From positions 4,492-45,006 of the forward strand of contig CAYLGU010000001.1 of the NCBI GenBank assembly GCA_964383445.1: 40,515 nt of DNA, in the 5' to 3' direction. The notes under the pieces were generated by a model that was not told the origin of the DNA, searched no databases, and saw only the letters and a list, made by a program, of their open reading frames with translations. Of the stretch, positions 1 to 7,883 are shown piece after piece. This DNA is from an uncultured Candidatus Saccharibacteria bacterium (lineage in GTDB: Bacteria > Patescibacteriota > Saccharimonadia > Saccharimonadales > Saccharimonadaceae). Position 1 is the first letter of the stretch. Each line of letters starts with the position of its first letter. Both the position numbers and the translations under genes were made by a program.

Positions 1-572
1 AAAGAACTATCCGTCCCCCATTTAATACCGTGCGTGTAATTCGTATGCCCTTCCAATTGTTCAAGTAACTGAGTGTTTTCAAAATCTTCCTGAACTTCAG
101 TCAAGCTGCCGTACTTCACTGCAGTAGCCGAGCCAAACGAACCAACCGGAGCGGAGCTATTATAGTTATAGAAGCGCGCCACACCGCCATAATCTTTCAA
201 GTTGCCTACCGTGCCAGTTGCGGTTTGCTTACCCTTACTTACGTCTGGGTTGCCGATTATGTAATTTTCGTAGCCAAGGTGCCAAAACCCGCCGACTTTT
301 CCGCATTCAGCAGAAATCGTAGCGCCGTTAACATTGTTGCTGCTGGGGACTTTGATGCTAGAGGTGCCAGTATATTCATAGTACATCCAACTCAGGCCAA
401 AACAAGTATCATACCAAGTATTACCTACTGATCCGCCGCGACATTTACCGCCAGTAGGGTTGTACCCTGGGCCAGCATCGCCCGCAGCAAAAGTAGTTCC
501 TGAGGGAGCAAGAAGAGCTATCGCTAAAGACGAGATTAAAATTCCAAAATATAAAAAGAATTTTTTATTCAT
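1..572 (-). CDS. secreted protein of unknown function (5' end complete, 3' end runs off the window)
   Basis: Absent from the ORF track because it has no in-window stop. Hand translation from ATG 572..570 stays open to position 1: MNKKFFLYFGILISSLAIALLAPSGTTFA/AGDAGPGYNPTGGKCRGG... This is a classic signal peptide. AGGAGG (cctcct at 581..586 on +) lies 8 nt upstream. The start overlaps the stop of the upstream gene by 8 nt. Confidence 0.6.
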   Translation of the reverse strand, partial: MNKKFFLYFGILISSLAIALLAPSGTTFAAGDAGPGYNPTGGKCRGGSVGNTWYDTCFGLSWMYYEYTGTSSIKVPSSNNVNGATISAECGKVGGFWHLGYENYIIGNPDVSKGKQTATGTVGNLKDYGGVARFYNYNSSAPVGSFGSATAVKYGSLTEVQEDFENTQLLEQLEGHTNYTHGIKWGTDSS

Positions 573-1248
573 CTACCTGACCTCCTATGTTCCTTATGTC
601 TGCTGGTAAGGCATCTATTTTTTGGGTATATACGTCCTCCTGTTCGCTATCGCCCGCGACAATGAAAGCGTAGCGAAAACTCGTATACAATCGTAATTTC
701 TCTGAATCAGAAAGTTTAGAGTCGTCTATGTCATATAGTTCAACTAGCGCCGTCGCAGTATCGCCGTGCTCTATATAGAAGCGAGCTAGAACGGTGCGAA
801 TATAAAACTTTCGTGTTTCGGTGGCGCTGGAATTAATTTCCTCTTGCAAATAATCTATAGCGTCTGAGAATGCCGTTTCTGAACCCGACTCTGAAAGTAC
901 ATAGGCCTCATATGCGGCATGGTCAATAGTTTCTTCCCATGATGAAGCATCGGAATCGCCGGTCGAGTCGCCAGTTTCTGGGTTGCTAGCTTTCGATATC
1001 AACGCTATAGCGGTAAATATTGCGGCTAATACCAATATCAACACTAGAGCTATGGTAATAAATTTATGCCAGCCGCGAAAAGCAAACTGGAAAAATTGTT
1101 TTATTTTGTTAAGGATTTTCTTGGAAAAATCCCTAATTGGGGTTTGCCTGATGCGTCCCTGGAAATAATCAGGCTTTTCTTTACTCAAAATTTCAGAGGA
1201 ATTATACTCTGCATTTTGCATAGTTTTGGGATGGTGCGTATTATTCAT
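565..1248 (-). CDS. single-pass membrane protein, unknown function
   Basis: 227-aa ORF with one hydrophobic helix (FITIALVLILVLAAIFTAIALI) after a basic N-terminus. The C-terminal ~130 aa are acidic and helical. It is translationally coupled to the downstream secreted-protein gene. No family recognised. Confidence 0.55.
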   Translation of the reverse strand: MNNTHHPKTMQNAEYNSSEILSKEKPDYFQGRIRQTPIRDFSKKILNKIKQFFQFAFRGWHKFITIALVLILVLAAIFTAIALISKASNPETGDSTGDSDASSWEETIDHAAYEAYVLSESGSETAFSDAIDYLQEEINSSATETRKFYIRTVLARFYIEHGDTATALVELYDIDDSKLSDSEKLRLYTSFRYAFIVAGDSEQEDVYTQKIDALPADIRNIGGQVDE

Positions 1249-1481
1249 GTAGTACTAAATACCTGCCATTTTTATAAAATTTATAGATGTACCTATTTAA
1301 CCATAAACTCTATTATTTTTGCAAGGATTGGATAACGCAAACTAGAAAACTCTTATGTTTGCGCTAATAAGTCTTATCTGATAAAATTTTAACACATATG
1401 TTAAGCTGTACGGTAGAACATCCTACTTGACGGCTTAGATTAGAATATGAGTTCTTTCAAAACACAAGGAGGTCTTTAGTA

Positions 1482-2507
1482 ATGAAGATGACAAAACGAT
1501 TATCCGCAATAATTCTTAGCTTGGCGATGGTGCTATGTTTGGCAACGCCTGCATTTGCGGCAGCCGACCAGGGTGTATATCAGTCGCCAAAATCGACAGC
1601 AATGACCGCATGCGAGGAAAAAGGTTTAGTAAAAGGCATTGACGCGTCGTCTAGAAATAGCAATTCTGGACTAACGAGAGGGCAATTGGCGCAGATACTT
1701 TACAACGCATATGGCGACAAACTGGCAGGAACTACAGCATATAGCTTTGCCGACGTTTCAAACGACACAAAATACGCAGAGGCTATTCGTTGGGTAGGGA
1801 CAAACGGCATCGTGCTGGGGTCAAAAAGAGTAGACGGGAAAACCTACTTTAACCCCAATGCGCAAGTTGACCGTAAGTACATGGCCCTTATATTGTTCCG
1901 CACAGGCAATAAGCTGGGCGCGAGTTTTCCCGCTGTGCTTGCTGCGCCTAATTTCTCAGACATTAGCAGCCTAGGTGAGACTTACCAAAAAGCCATAAAT
2001 AGCACTTACCGAGCTGGCCTGTTCAGCAAAAATGAAAACGGGGAGTTTGGCCCGGGTGCAGCGCTATATTGGGAAGAAGCGTATGGGTGCCTAAACTTGT
2101 TGACGGATCTAAAAGATTTTGAAATTCAATCACCTGCAAAACAAGCCCAAAATCAACCAGAAACGGCAGTTGCTTCAAAAAATAATACAGATGACGCGAT
2201 AACTTCTAGCGGATCGACACCAAATAGTGAAAATCGAGCAAAAATCCAGGAATATACTGCTAATATAACATCGTACGCGGAAAATCTAGGCTACACGGTG
2301 AGCTCTCCGTACGGCGAGATGACTACCGGAGATACCGGAGTTGGATGGGCTATAGATGCCAGCAATGGCTCTGCTACTATAACATTTTATCTTACTGTAG
2401 CATCAACAGGAGGGTTCTTATTTTCCTATAGAGTTAGCGACTCTTCTTCCGGATATTATGTTCGCGGACTAGAAAACGCTTATGCGCTATTAGACCAGTA
2501 TGCCTAA
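1482..2507 (+). CDS. secreted surface protein with three SLH-like repeats
   Basis: AAGGAGG lies 9 nt upstream of the ATG. Signal peptide: MKMTKRLSAIILSLAMVLCLATPAFA/A. Repeats resembling S-layer-homology modules: ...GLTRGQLAQILYNAYG; FADVSNDTKYAEAIRWVGTNGIVLGS...FNPNAQVDRKYMALIL; FSDISSLGETYQKAINSTYRAGLFS...FGPGAALYWEEA. The C-terminal ~130 aa are unassigned. Confidence 0.65.
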   Translation: MKMTKRLSAIILSLAMVLCLATPAFAAADQGVYQSPKSTAMTACEEKGLVKGIDASSRNSNSGLTRGQLAQILYNAYGDKLAGTTAYSFADVSNDTKYAEAIRWVGTNGIVLGSKRVDGKTYFNPNAQVDRKYMALILFRTGNKLGASFPAVLAAPNFSDISSLGETYQKAINSTYRAGLFSKNENGEFGPGAALYWEEAYGCLNLLTDLKDFEIQSPAKQAQNQPETAVASKNNTDDAITSSGSTPNSENRAKIQEYTANITSYAENLGYTVSSPYGEMTTGDTGVGWAIDASNGSATITFYLTVASTGGFLFSYRVSDSSSGYYVRGLENAYALLDQYA

Positions 2508-2527
2508 CCTCCTAGCACATTAAATTA

Positions 2528-2556
2528 AGCGCCCTTCTTTATAAGGGTGCTTTTTC
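2528..2556 (+). terminator. intrinsic terminator
   Basis: 9-bp stem agcgccctt/aagggtgct (one G-U) with a 6-nt loop, followed by TTTTT. Confidence 0.6.
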
Positions 2557-2621
2557 TTGGATAAGTTCACCCTTGAAAAAAAAGCAATAATTCAATATAA
2601 TAGCAAAAGTTCAACGCAAAT

Positions 2622-2698
2622 GGGCCGGTAGCTCAGCTGGTTAGAGCACGAGCCTCTTAAGCTTGGTGTCGTGGGTTCAAGTCCCACCCGGCTCACCA
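2622..2698 (+). tRNA. tRNA-Lys (anticodon CTT), CCA encoded
   Basis: Hand-folded cloverleaf: acceptor gggccgg/ccggctc, D arm gctc-agctggtta-gagc, anticodon arm cgagc-ctCTTaa-gcttg, T arm gtggg-ttcaagt-cccac, discriminator A plus CCA. Total 77 nt. Confidence 0.9.
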
Positions 2699-2712
2699 TT
2701 ATGCATGACTGC

Positions 2713-2749
2713 AGTATCGCTTAAACTTAAGCGATACTTTTTGTTTTTT
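2713..2749 (+). terminator. intrinsic terminator after tRNA-Lys
   Basis: Inverted repeat agtatcgcttaa/ttaagcgatact followed by tttttgtttttt. Confidence 0.6.
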
Positions 2750-2762
2750 AAAATACTATTCA

Positions 2763-2771
2763 TGGTATACT
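2763..2771 (+). promoter_or_regulatory. extended -10 box TGGTATACT, 7 nt upstream of ATG 2779
   Basis: Sequence tggtatact then ggagctt then ATG. The GGAG is only 3 nt from the ATG, too close for a normal SD. This fits the leaderless pattern seen elsewhere in the window. Confidence 0.45.
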
Positions 2772-2778
2772 GGAGCTT

Positions 2779-4320
2779 ATGAGTGTGAGCGAAAAATATA
2801 GCCAAGAGATTGGCGAAATCGTAACAAAATTGCGCAATGAAAAAGGCTTAACCCAAGCTCAGTTGGCAGAAAAGATTGGCACTTCTCAATCGGCAGTAAA
2901 CCGTATAGAGAAGGGGCGGCAAAATATTTCCCTGGAAATGGTAAGCAAAATTAGTGCTAGTTTAGGCACGCAAATTCTATCTGTTAATGACGGCCCGTCT
3001 CAGGGGTATAAAATAAATGGCGGCAAGAAATTGCACGGTAGCATCAGAATCAATACTTCGAAAAATGCGGCAGTCGGGCTGCTTTGTGCGAGCTTATTAA
3101 ATTCAGGTAAAACCACCTTGCGTTCCCTAGCAAGAATTGAAGAAGTGTATAGAATCATAGAAGTTTTGAATTCGATTGGCGTGAAAACACGCTGGATGAA
3201 CGGTAAAAAAGATTTAGAAATTATACCGCCACGCGAATTAAATCTTGATGGCATGGACTTAACGGCGGCACGAAAAACGCGATCAATCATCATGCTGATG
3301 GGACCTCTGATGCATAAATACAAAAGTTTTCGATTGCCATACGCCGGAGGCTGCTCGTTGGGGTCTAGAACGGTCGAACCGCATTTAAGAGCGCTGCGAG
3401 TATTTGGGCTCGACGTAGATGCTTTTTGTAATTCTGGCTTCTACGAGGCAAAGACGCACAAAACCGACAACGCAGATAAGCGCATTGTATTAGTAGAGCG
3501 CGGAGACACAGTTACTGAAAATATCTTGATGGCGGCTAGTCTTTGCCCATTTACAACCACAATAGTAGGAGCTAGCTCAAATTACATGGTACAGGATGTG
3601 TGTTTTTTCTTAGAGAAATTGGGCGTAAAAATCGAAGGTATAGGCACAACGACTTTAAAAGTAACTGGGCTAAATTCAATCCGGAAAGATGTCGAATACG
3701 CACCGAGCGAAGATCCGATAGAGGCAATGTCTTTCATCGCAGCCGGCATTGTAACAAAATCCGAGATAACTATAGAGCGAGCGCCGATTGAATTCTTGGA
3801 AATTGAACTAGAAATCATGCGCAGCATGGGAGCAATTTTTGAAATTTCGAAAGAATACGAATCGGGTAACGGACGTACCCGTTTAGTAGATATAAAAATA
3901 AAGGAAGCAAAGCTAAAAGCACCAATCGACAAAATCCACCCGATGCCCTTCCCCGGACTGAACATCGACAATCTACCTTTTTTTTCCTTGATCGCCGCGA
4001 GTGCGGAGGGCCAAACTTTGATTCACGACTGGGTATTTGAAAATCGTGCAATTTACATAACGGAGCTCTCTAGATTAAATGCGGACGTGCAGCTACTGGA
4101 CGCGCATAGAGTGTTCGTGAATGGACCGACCAATTGGCGTCCAGCGGAAATGATTTCTCCGCCGGCACTGCGTCCCGCCGTCGTTATAATGCTGGCGATG
4201 CTTGCTGCCCCCGGAAAATCAATACTCAGGAATATTTATTCGATTGCCCGCGGTTATCAAGATTTTGCAAAGCGCCTGAAAACTTTGGGCGCCGACATAG
4301 AACCTCTTTCTGGCATCTAG
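2779..4320 (+). CDS. murA: XRE-family HTH domain fused to a UDP-N-acetylglucosamine 1-carboxyvinyltransferase (MurA)-like enolpyruvyl transferase
   Basis: The N-terminal ~65 aa match an HTH_3/XRE domain: LRNEKGLTQAQLAEKIGTSQSAVNRIEKGRQNISLEMVSKI. The remaining ~440 aa align by eye with MurA: SKNAA (Lys22 region), LPYAGGCSLGSRTVEPHL (catalytic Cys loop), VFENR, ALRPA, IARGYQDFAKRLKTLGADIE. Confidence 0.8.
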   Translation: MSVSEKYSQEIGEIVTKLRNEKGLTQAQLAEKIGTSQSAVNRIEKGRQNISLEMVSKISASLGTQILSVNDGPSQGYKINGGKKLHGSIRINTSKNAAVGLLCASLLNSGKTTLRSLARIEEVYRIIEVLNSIGVKTRWMNGKKDLEIIPPRELNLDGMDLTAARKTRSIIMLMGPLMHKYKSFRLPYAGGCSLGSRTVEPHLRALRVFGLDVDAFCNSGFYEAKTHKTDNADKRIVLVERGDTVTENILMAASLCPFTTTIVGASSNYMVQDVCFFLEKLGVKIEGIGTTTLKVTGLNSIRKDVEYAPSEDPIEAMSFIAAGIVTKSEITIERAPIEFLEIELEIMRSMGAIFEISKEYESGNGRTRLVDIKIKEAKLKAPIDKIHPMPFPGLNIDNLPFFSLIAASAEGQTLIHDWVFENRAIYITELSRLNADVQLLDAHRVFVNGPTNWRPAEMISPPALRPAVVIMLAMLAAPGKSILRNIYSIARGYQDFAKRLKTLGADIEPLSGI

Positions 4321-4337
4321 AAGAATAGTCCTAGTTT

Positions 4338-4346
4338 TGGTATAAT
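4338..4346 (+). promoter_or_regulatory. extended -10 box TGGTATAAT, 6 nt upstream of the gatC ATG
   Basis: Sequence tggtataat then tttgct then ATG 4353. There is no SD in the 32-nt gap after the murA-like stop. Confidence 0.5.
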
Positions 4347-4352
4347 TTTGCT

Positions 4353-4640
4353 ATGGCTATATCCAATGACGAAATTCGTCATTTGGCGGAACTGTCTAGT
4401 TTGTCTTTATCTGACGAGCAGGCGGATACGCTAAGTGTCGATCTAAACAACATTATCAATTACATATCACAGCTAGACGAGCTTGACACTGAGGGCGTCG
4501 AGCCGACTTATCAATGTTTTGATATGCAAAACGTATGGCGCGAAGATCGAGTTGAAGATTTTGAAGCCAGGCGAGAAGACTTGCTGGCACTGACGGCAGA
4601 AAGTAAGGATAACCAGATAAAGGTTCCAAAAGTATTATGA
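4353..4640 (+). CDS. gatC: Asp/Glu-tRNA amidotransferase subunit C
   Basis: 95 aa with the typical GatC N-terminus (IRHLAELSSLSLSDEQ). ATGA overlap with gatA. Confidence 0.9.
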   Translation: MAISNDEIRHLAELSSLSLSDEQADTLSVDLNNIINYISQLDELDTEGVEPTYQCFDMQNVWREDRVEDFEARREDLLALTAESKDNQIKVPKVL

Positions 4641-6007
4641 AAACTGCAGATAAAAACACGAGTGCCGTTTCGCTTGTAAACGAAGCCTTTGACAAAATTG
4701 CTAAGTTTGAAGAATATCACTGCTTTAATTCTTTGAACCGAGAAAAGGCGCTAAAAAAGGCAGCCGAAGTAGACGAGAAAATTCAAAGAGGCGAAAAAGT
4801 TGGAAAATTGGCAGGCGTACCTTATGCACTGAAAGACAACTTTTTGAGCTTAGACGGAAATAGCACTGCTTCATCAAAAATGTTAGAAAATTTCGAGTCG
4901 CCTATCACCGCTACGGCAGTTAAAAAACTAGAGGCAGAAGGGGCAATTATGGTTGGGCGGACAAACCTTGACGCCTTTGCACATGGAAGTAGTACCGAAA
5001 ATTCATACTTTGGCCCAACCCTTAATAGTCACGATAAGACACGCGTTGCGGGTGGTAGCAGTGGCGGTTCAGCCGTAGCAGTGGCGCTCGGGATTGTGCC
5101 TTTTGCGCTTGGCTCAGATACGGGCGGATCAATTAGGCAGCCGGCATCATATAATGGCGTGGTCGGGGTTAAGCCAACTTACGGCACAGTATCGCGCTAC
5201 GGCGTTGTGGCGATGGCTTCGTCTACGGACACGATTGGCTGCTTCGCGCAGAGTGCAGATGATGCAGATTTGGTGATGGGAATTATGTCCGGCAAAGACA
5301 AGAAAGATTCTACTACCTTGGATGATTTTTGGCAGGAAGAGCCAAAAAATAAGGCCCTAAAGATTGGCGTAATTAAAGATTTCATGGGTGAGGGGGTAGA
5401 ACTTGGCGTAAAAACGTGCATCGAACAAAGCCTAGAAAAAATGCGCACTGCGGGACACGAATTAGAAGAAGTGAGTATGCCGATATTGAAATACGGCCTA
5501 GCGGTGTACTACATAGTGCAGACCGCAGAGGTAGCGAGCAATCTTAGCCGTCATGACGGAGTTCGCTACGGTCACCGTGCGCAAGACGCCAAGACTCTAG
5601 AAGAACTTTATGGAAAAACTAGGGACGAGGGCTTCATGCCTGAAAATAAACGTCGTATTATGATCGGAAATTTCGTATTATCGTCTGGGTTTTTTGATGC
5701 ATATTTTTTGAAGGCACAGAAAGTAAGGACCTTGCTTATACAGGCCTATGAAGAAATGTTTAAAAAGTATGACGTTTTAGTCTGCCCAGTAGCGCCTGGC
5801 GTAGCTTTTAAGTTAGGCGACAAGACTGGCGACCCGGTAAAAATGTACTTGGAGGACGTAATGAGTGTGCCTCCTAGCATGGCGGGGCTCCCGGCGTTGT
5901 CTGCTCCTGCAGGCAATACTAGCGAAGGCTTATCCGTGGGCATCCAGTTGATCGGTGCGCGCAAATCGGACCGTACGCTGCTAAAACTAGCTCAGGAGAT
6001 TTCGTAA
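4637..6007 (+). CDS. gatA: Asp/Glu-tRNA amidotransferase subunit A (amidase signature family)
   Basis: Amidase signature GGSSGGSAVAVA...GSDTGGSIRQPAS; LAGVPYALKDNF. Confidence 0.95.
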   Translation: MKTADKNTSAVSLVNEAFDKIAKFEEYHCFNSLNREKALKKAAEVDEKIQRGEKVGKLAGVPYALKDNFLSLDGNSTASSKMLENFESPITATAVKKLEAEGAIMVGRTNLDAFAHGSSTENSYFGPTLNSHDKTRVAGGSSGGSAVAVALGIVPFALGSDTGGSIRQPASYNGVVGVKPTYGTVSRYGVVAMASSTDTIGCFAQSADDADLVMGIMSGKDKKDSTTLDDFWQEEPKNKALKIGVIKDFMGEGVELGVKTCIEQSLEKMRTAGHELEEVSMPILKYGLAVYYIVQTAEVASNLSRHDGVRYGHRAQDAKTLEELYGKTRDEGFMPENKRRIMIGNFVLSSGFFDAYFLKAQKVRTLLIQAYEEMFKKYDVLVCPVAPGVAFKLGDKTGDPVKMYLEDVMSVPPSMAGLPALSAPAGNTSEGLSVGIQLIGARKSDRTLLKLAQEIS

Positions 6008-6429
6008 TGGATTCTTCAGTAATCTTCTTTTTGGTTGCAATATTAATTGTGGCAGTTTTAGTATTTATGGCGATATCTGCCACCAAAAAACGTAACACCA
6101 TTTTTGACCAAGAAGCATACCAAATGGATTTTCTAAAAATAGAAAATACATTAACTCGAGATAATGGACTTTCTTTTAACATATCGATCGTAAATGGGGA
6201 TAAATTATTGGACAAGGCGATGTGCGAAATGGGCGTAGCGGGAAATAATATGGGGGAACGCTTGAAGAATATCGGGAAAGACAAATTTACGCAGCTTAAC
6301 TCAGTTTGGTATGTGCACAAACTGCGGAATCAGATTGCGCACGAGCATGATTTTAGCGTCGACTACAACCAAGCACGTCGTGCATTAAGCGTATACAAGC
6401 AAGCATTAAAAGATTTAGGGGCGATATAA
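6007..6429 (+). CDS. membrane-anchored small protein with a HEPN/HepT-like RNxxxH motif, embedded in the gat operon
   Basis: The start shares the A of the gatA TAA stop (TAATG). Its stop lies 1 nt before the gatB ATG. N-terminal TM helix VIFFLVAILIVAVLVFMAI is followed by KKR. The C-terminal part contains HKLRNQIAHEHDFSVDY (R-x4-H). Confidence 0.7.
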   Translation: MDSSVIFFLVAILIVAVLVFMAISATKKRNTIFDQEAYQMDFLKIENTLTRDNGLSFNISIVNGDKLLDKAMCEMGVAGNNMGERLKNIGKDKFTQLNSVWYVHKLRNQIAHEHDFSVDYNQARRALSVYKQALKDLGAI

Positions 6430-6430
6430 A

Positions 6431-7855
6431 ATGAATGAATACGAAATTACAATTGGCATAGAGTGCCATGTGCAGCTCAACACAAAAACTAAACTATTTT
6501 CCGGTATCAGCAATGACGCCGTGGACCAGGAACCGAATAGCTGCGTATCTCCTATTGACTACGCATTGCCCGGCATGCTACCAGTACTAAACAAGGCGGC
6601 AGTGGAAAAAGCCATATTAGCTGGTCGCGCAATGAACTGCGAGATTAACTTAACAAGTCGATTCGACCGCAAACATTATTATTACCCTGATTTACCAAAG
6701 GGCTATCAGATTAGTCAGTTTTACCAGCCGATAATTGGTGCTGGTGAAATTGAATTGGCGGACGGCTCTACGGTGAGAATCGAACATGCACACCTAGAGG
6801 AAGACGCCGGTAAACTAACGCATTTTGATGATTATTCATTAGTAGATTTGAATCGCGCTGGAACACCATTGATTGAAATCGTTTCGATGCCTGACATCCA
6901 CTCTCCCGCACAAGCTAGGCTGTATTGCGAAGAATTGCATCGCCTAATGACCTATGCTGACGTATCTAATGGCGACATGTATCAAGGGAATATGCGTTTC
7001 GATGTGAACATATCATTGGCCGAAAAAGGTAGCGAAATTCTCGGTACGCGTGCAGAAATAAAAAACCTCAATAGTTTCAGAAGCGTAGAAAAAGCCGCGG
7101 AATACGAATACAGACGACAGAAAGCTTTACTGGAAAAAGGCGAAAAAATCAAACAAGAAACACGAGGCTGGGACGACGGCAAAGGCGAAACCGTAGCACA
7201 GCGTAACAAAGAAGAGGCTCAGGATTACCGCTACATGCCGGAACCAGATGTGCCACCGATAGTATTAACGTCAGACTTCGTAGCTAATATCTCAAAAGAT
7301 ATGCCAAAAATGCCCGCAGAATACCGACAGAAGTTCGCTAGATTGAAGCTTGACGCTTCGGAAGTTGGCGCAATTTTGAATTACAAAATTCTAGCCGAGC
7401 ACTTGGCCGACACAATGGATAAAGATGAGATGTTAGCACCTAGGGTTGCACATTGGTTCTCCGGGACTTTGCTGGCCGAAGAAAATCTAGATAAAGATTT
7501 TAGCTTAGCAAGCGCCGGAGAACTGGTTGAGCTCTCTAAGCTGGTCGAGGAGAACAAGCTATCCTCGACTGCCGCAAAAGAAGTATTCCTGGAAATGTAC
7601 GACAAGAAGAATAGCAATAAATCGCCGCTAGCTATAGCTAAAGAGCTAAATCTGCTACAGGAAAACGACGAAAGCGCGCTCAATGCAATTATCGAAGAGG
7701 TTTTGGCAATGAAAGAGTGCGCACAGGCGGTTGAAGATGTTAGGAACGGGGAAGATAAGGCCATTGGCTTTATTATTGGCCAAGTGATGAAGAAATCCAA
7801 AGGAAAAGCTAATCCAGCAAGCGTGAACAAGTTGGTCAAACAAAAATTAGCATGA
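6431..7855 (+). CDS. gatB: Asp/Glu-tRNA amidotransferase subunit B
   Basis: YEITIGIECHVQLNTKTKLF, HYYYPDLPKGYQISQ, and a C-terminal GatB/YqeY-like tail. Confidence 0.95.
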   Translation: MNEYEITIGIECHVQLNTKTKLFSGISNDAVDQEPNSCVSPIDYALPGMLPVLNKAAVEKAILAGRAMNCEINLTSRFDRKHYYYPDLPKGYQISQFYQPIIGAGEIELADGSTVRIEHAHLEEDAGKLTHFDDYSLVDLNRAGTPLIEIVSMPDIHSPAQARLYCEELHRLMTYADVSNGDMYQGNMRFDVNISLAEKGSEILGTRAEIKNLNSFRSVEKAAEYEYRRQKALLEKGEKIKQETRGWDDGKGETVAQRNKEEAQDYRYMPEPDVPPIVLTSDFVANISKDMPKMPAEYRQKFARLKLDASEVGAILNYKILAEHLADTMDKDEMLAPRVAHWFSGTLLAEENLDKDFSLASAGELVELSKLVEENKLSSTAAKEVFLEMYDKKNSNKSPLAIAKELNLLQENDESALNAIIEEVLAMKECAQAVEDVRNGEDKAIGFIIGQVMKKSKGKANPASVNKLVKQKLA

Positions 7856-7883
7856 TATAATAAGGTTTCAAGGAGAAACTTAC

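Noticed and set aside
1336-1362. Hairpin cgcaaac-N14-gtttgcg in the divergent intergenic region 1249..1481.
   Set aside because: The stem is only 7 bp with a large loop and no T tract, and it resembles no riboswitch or RNA family I recognise. It is likely fortuitous or a minor operator.
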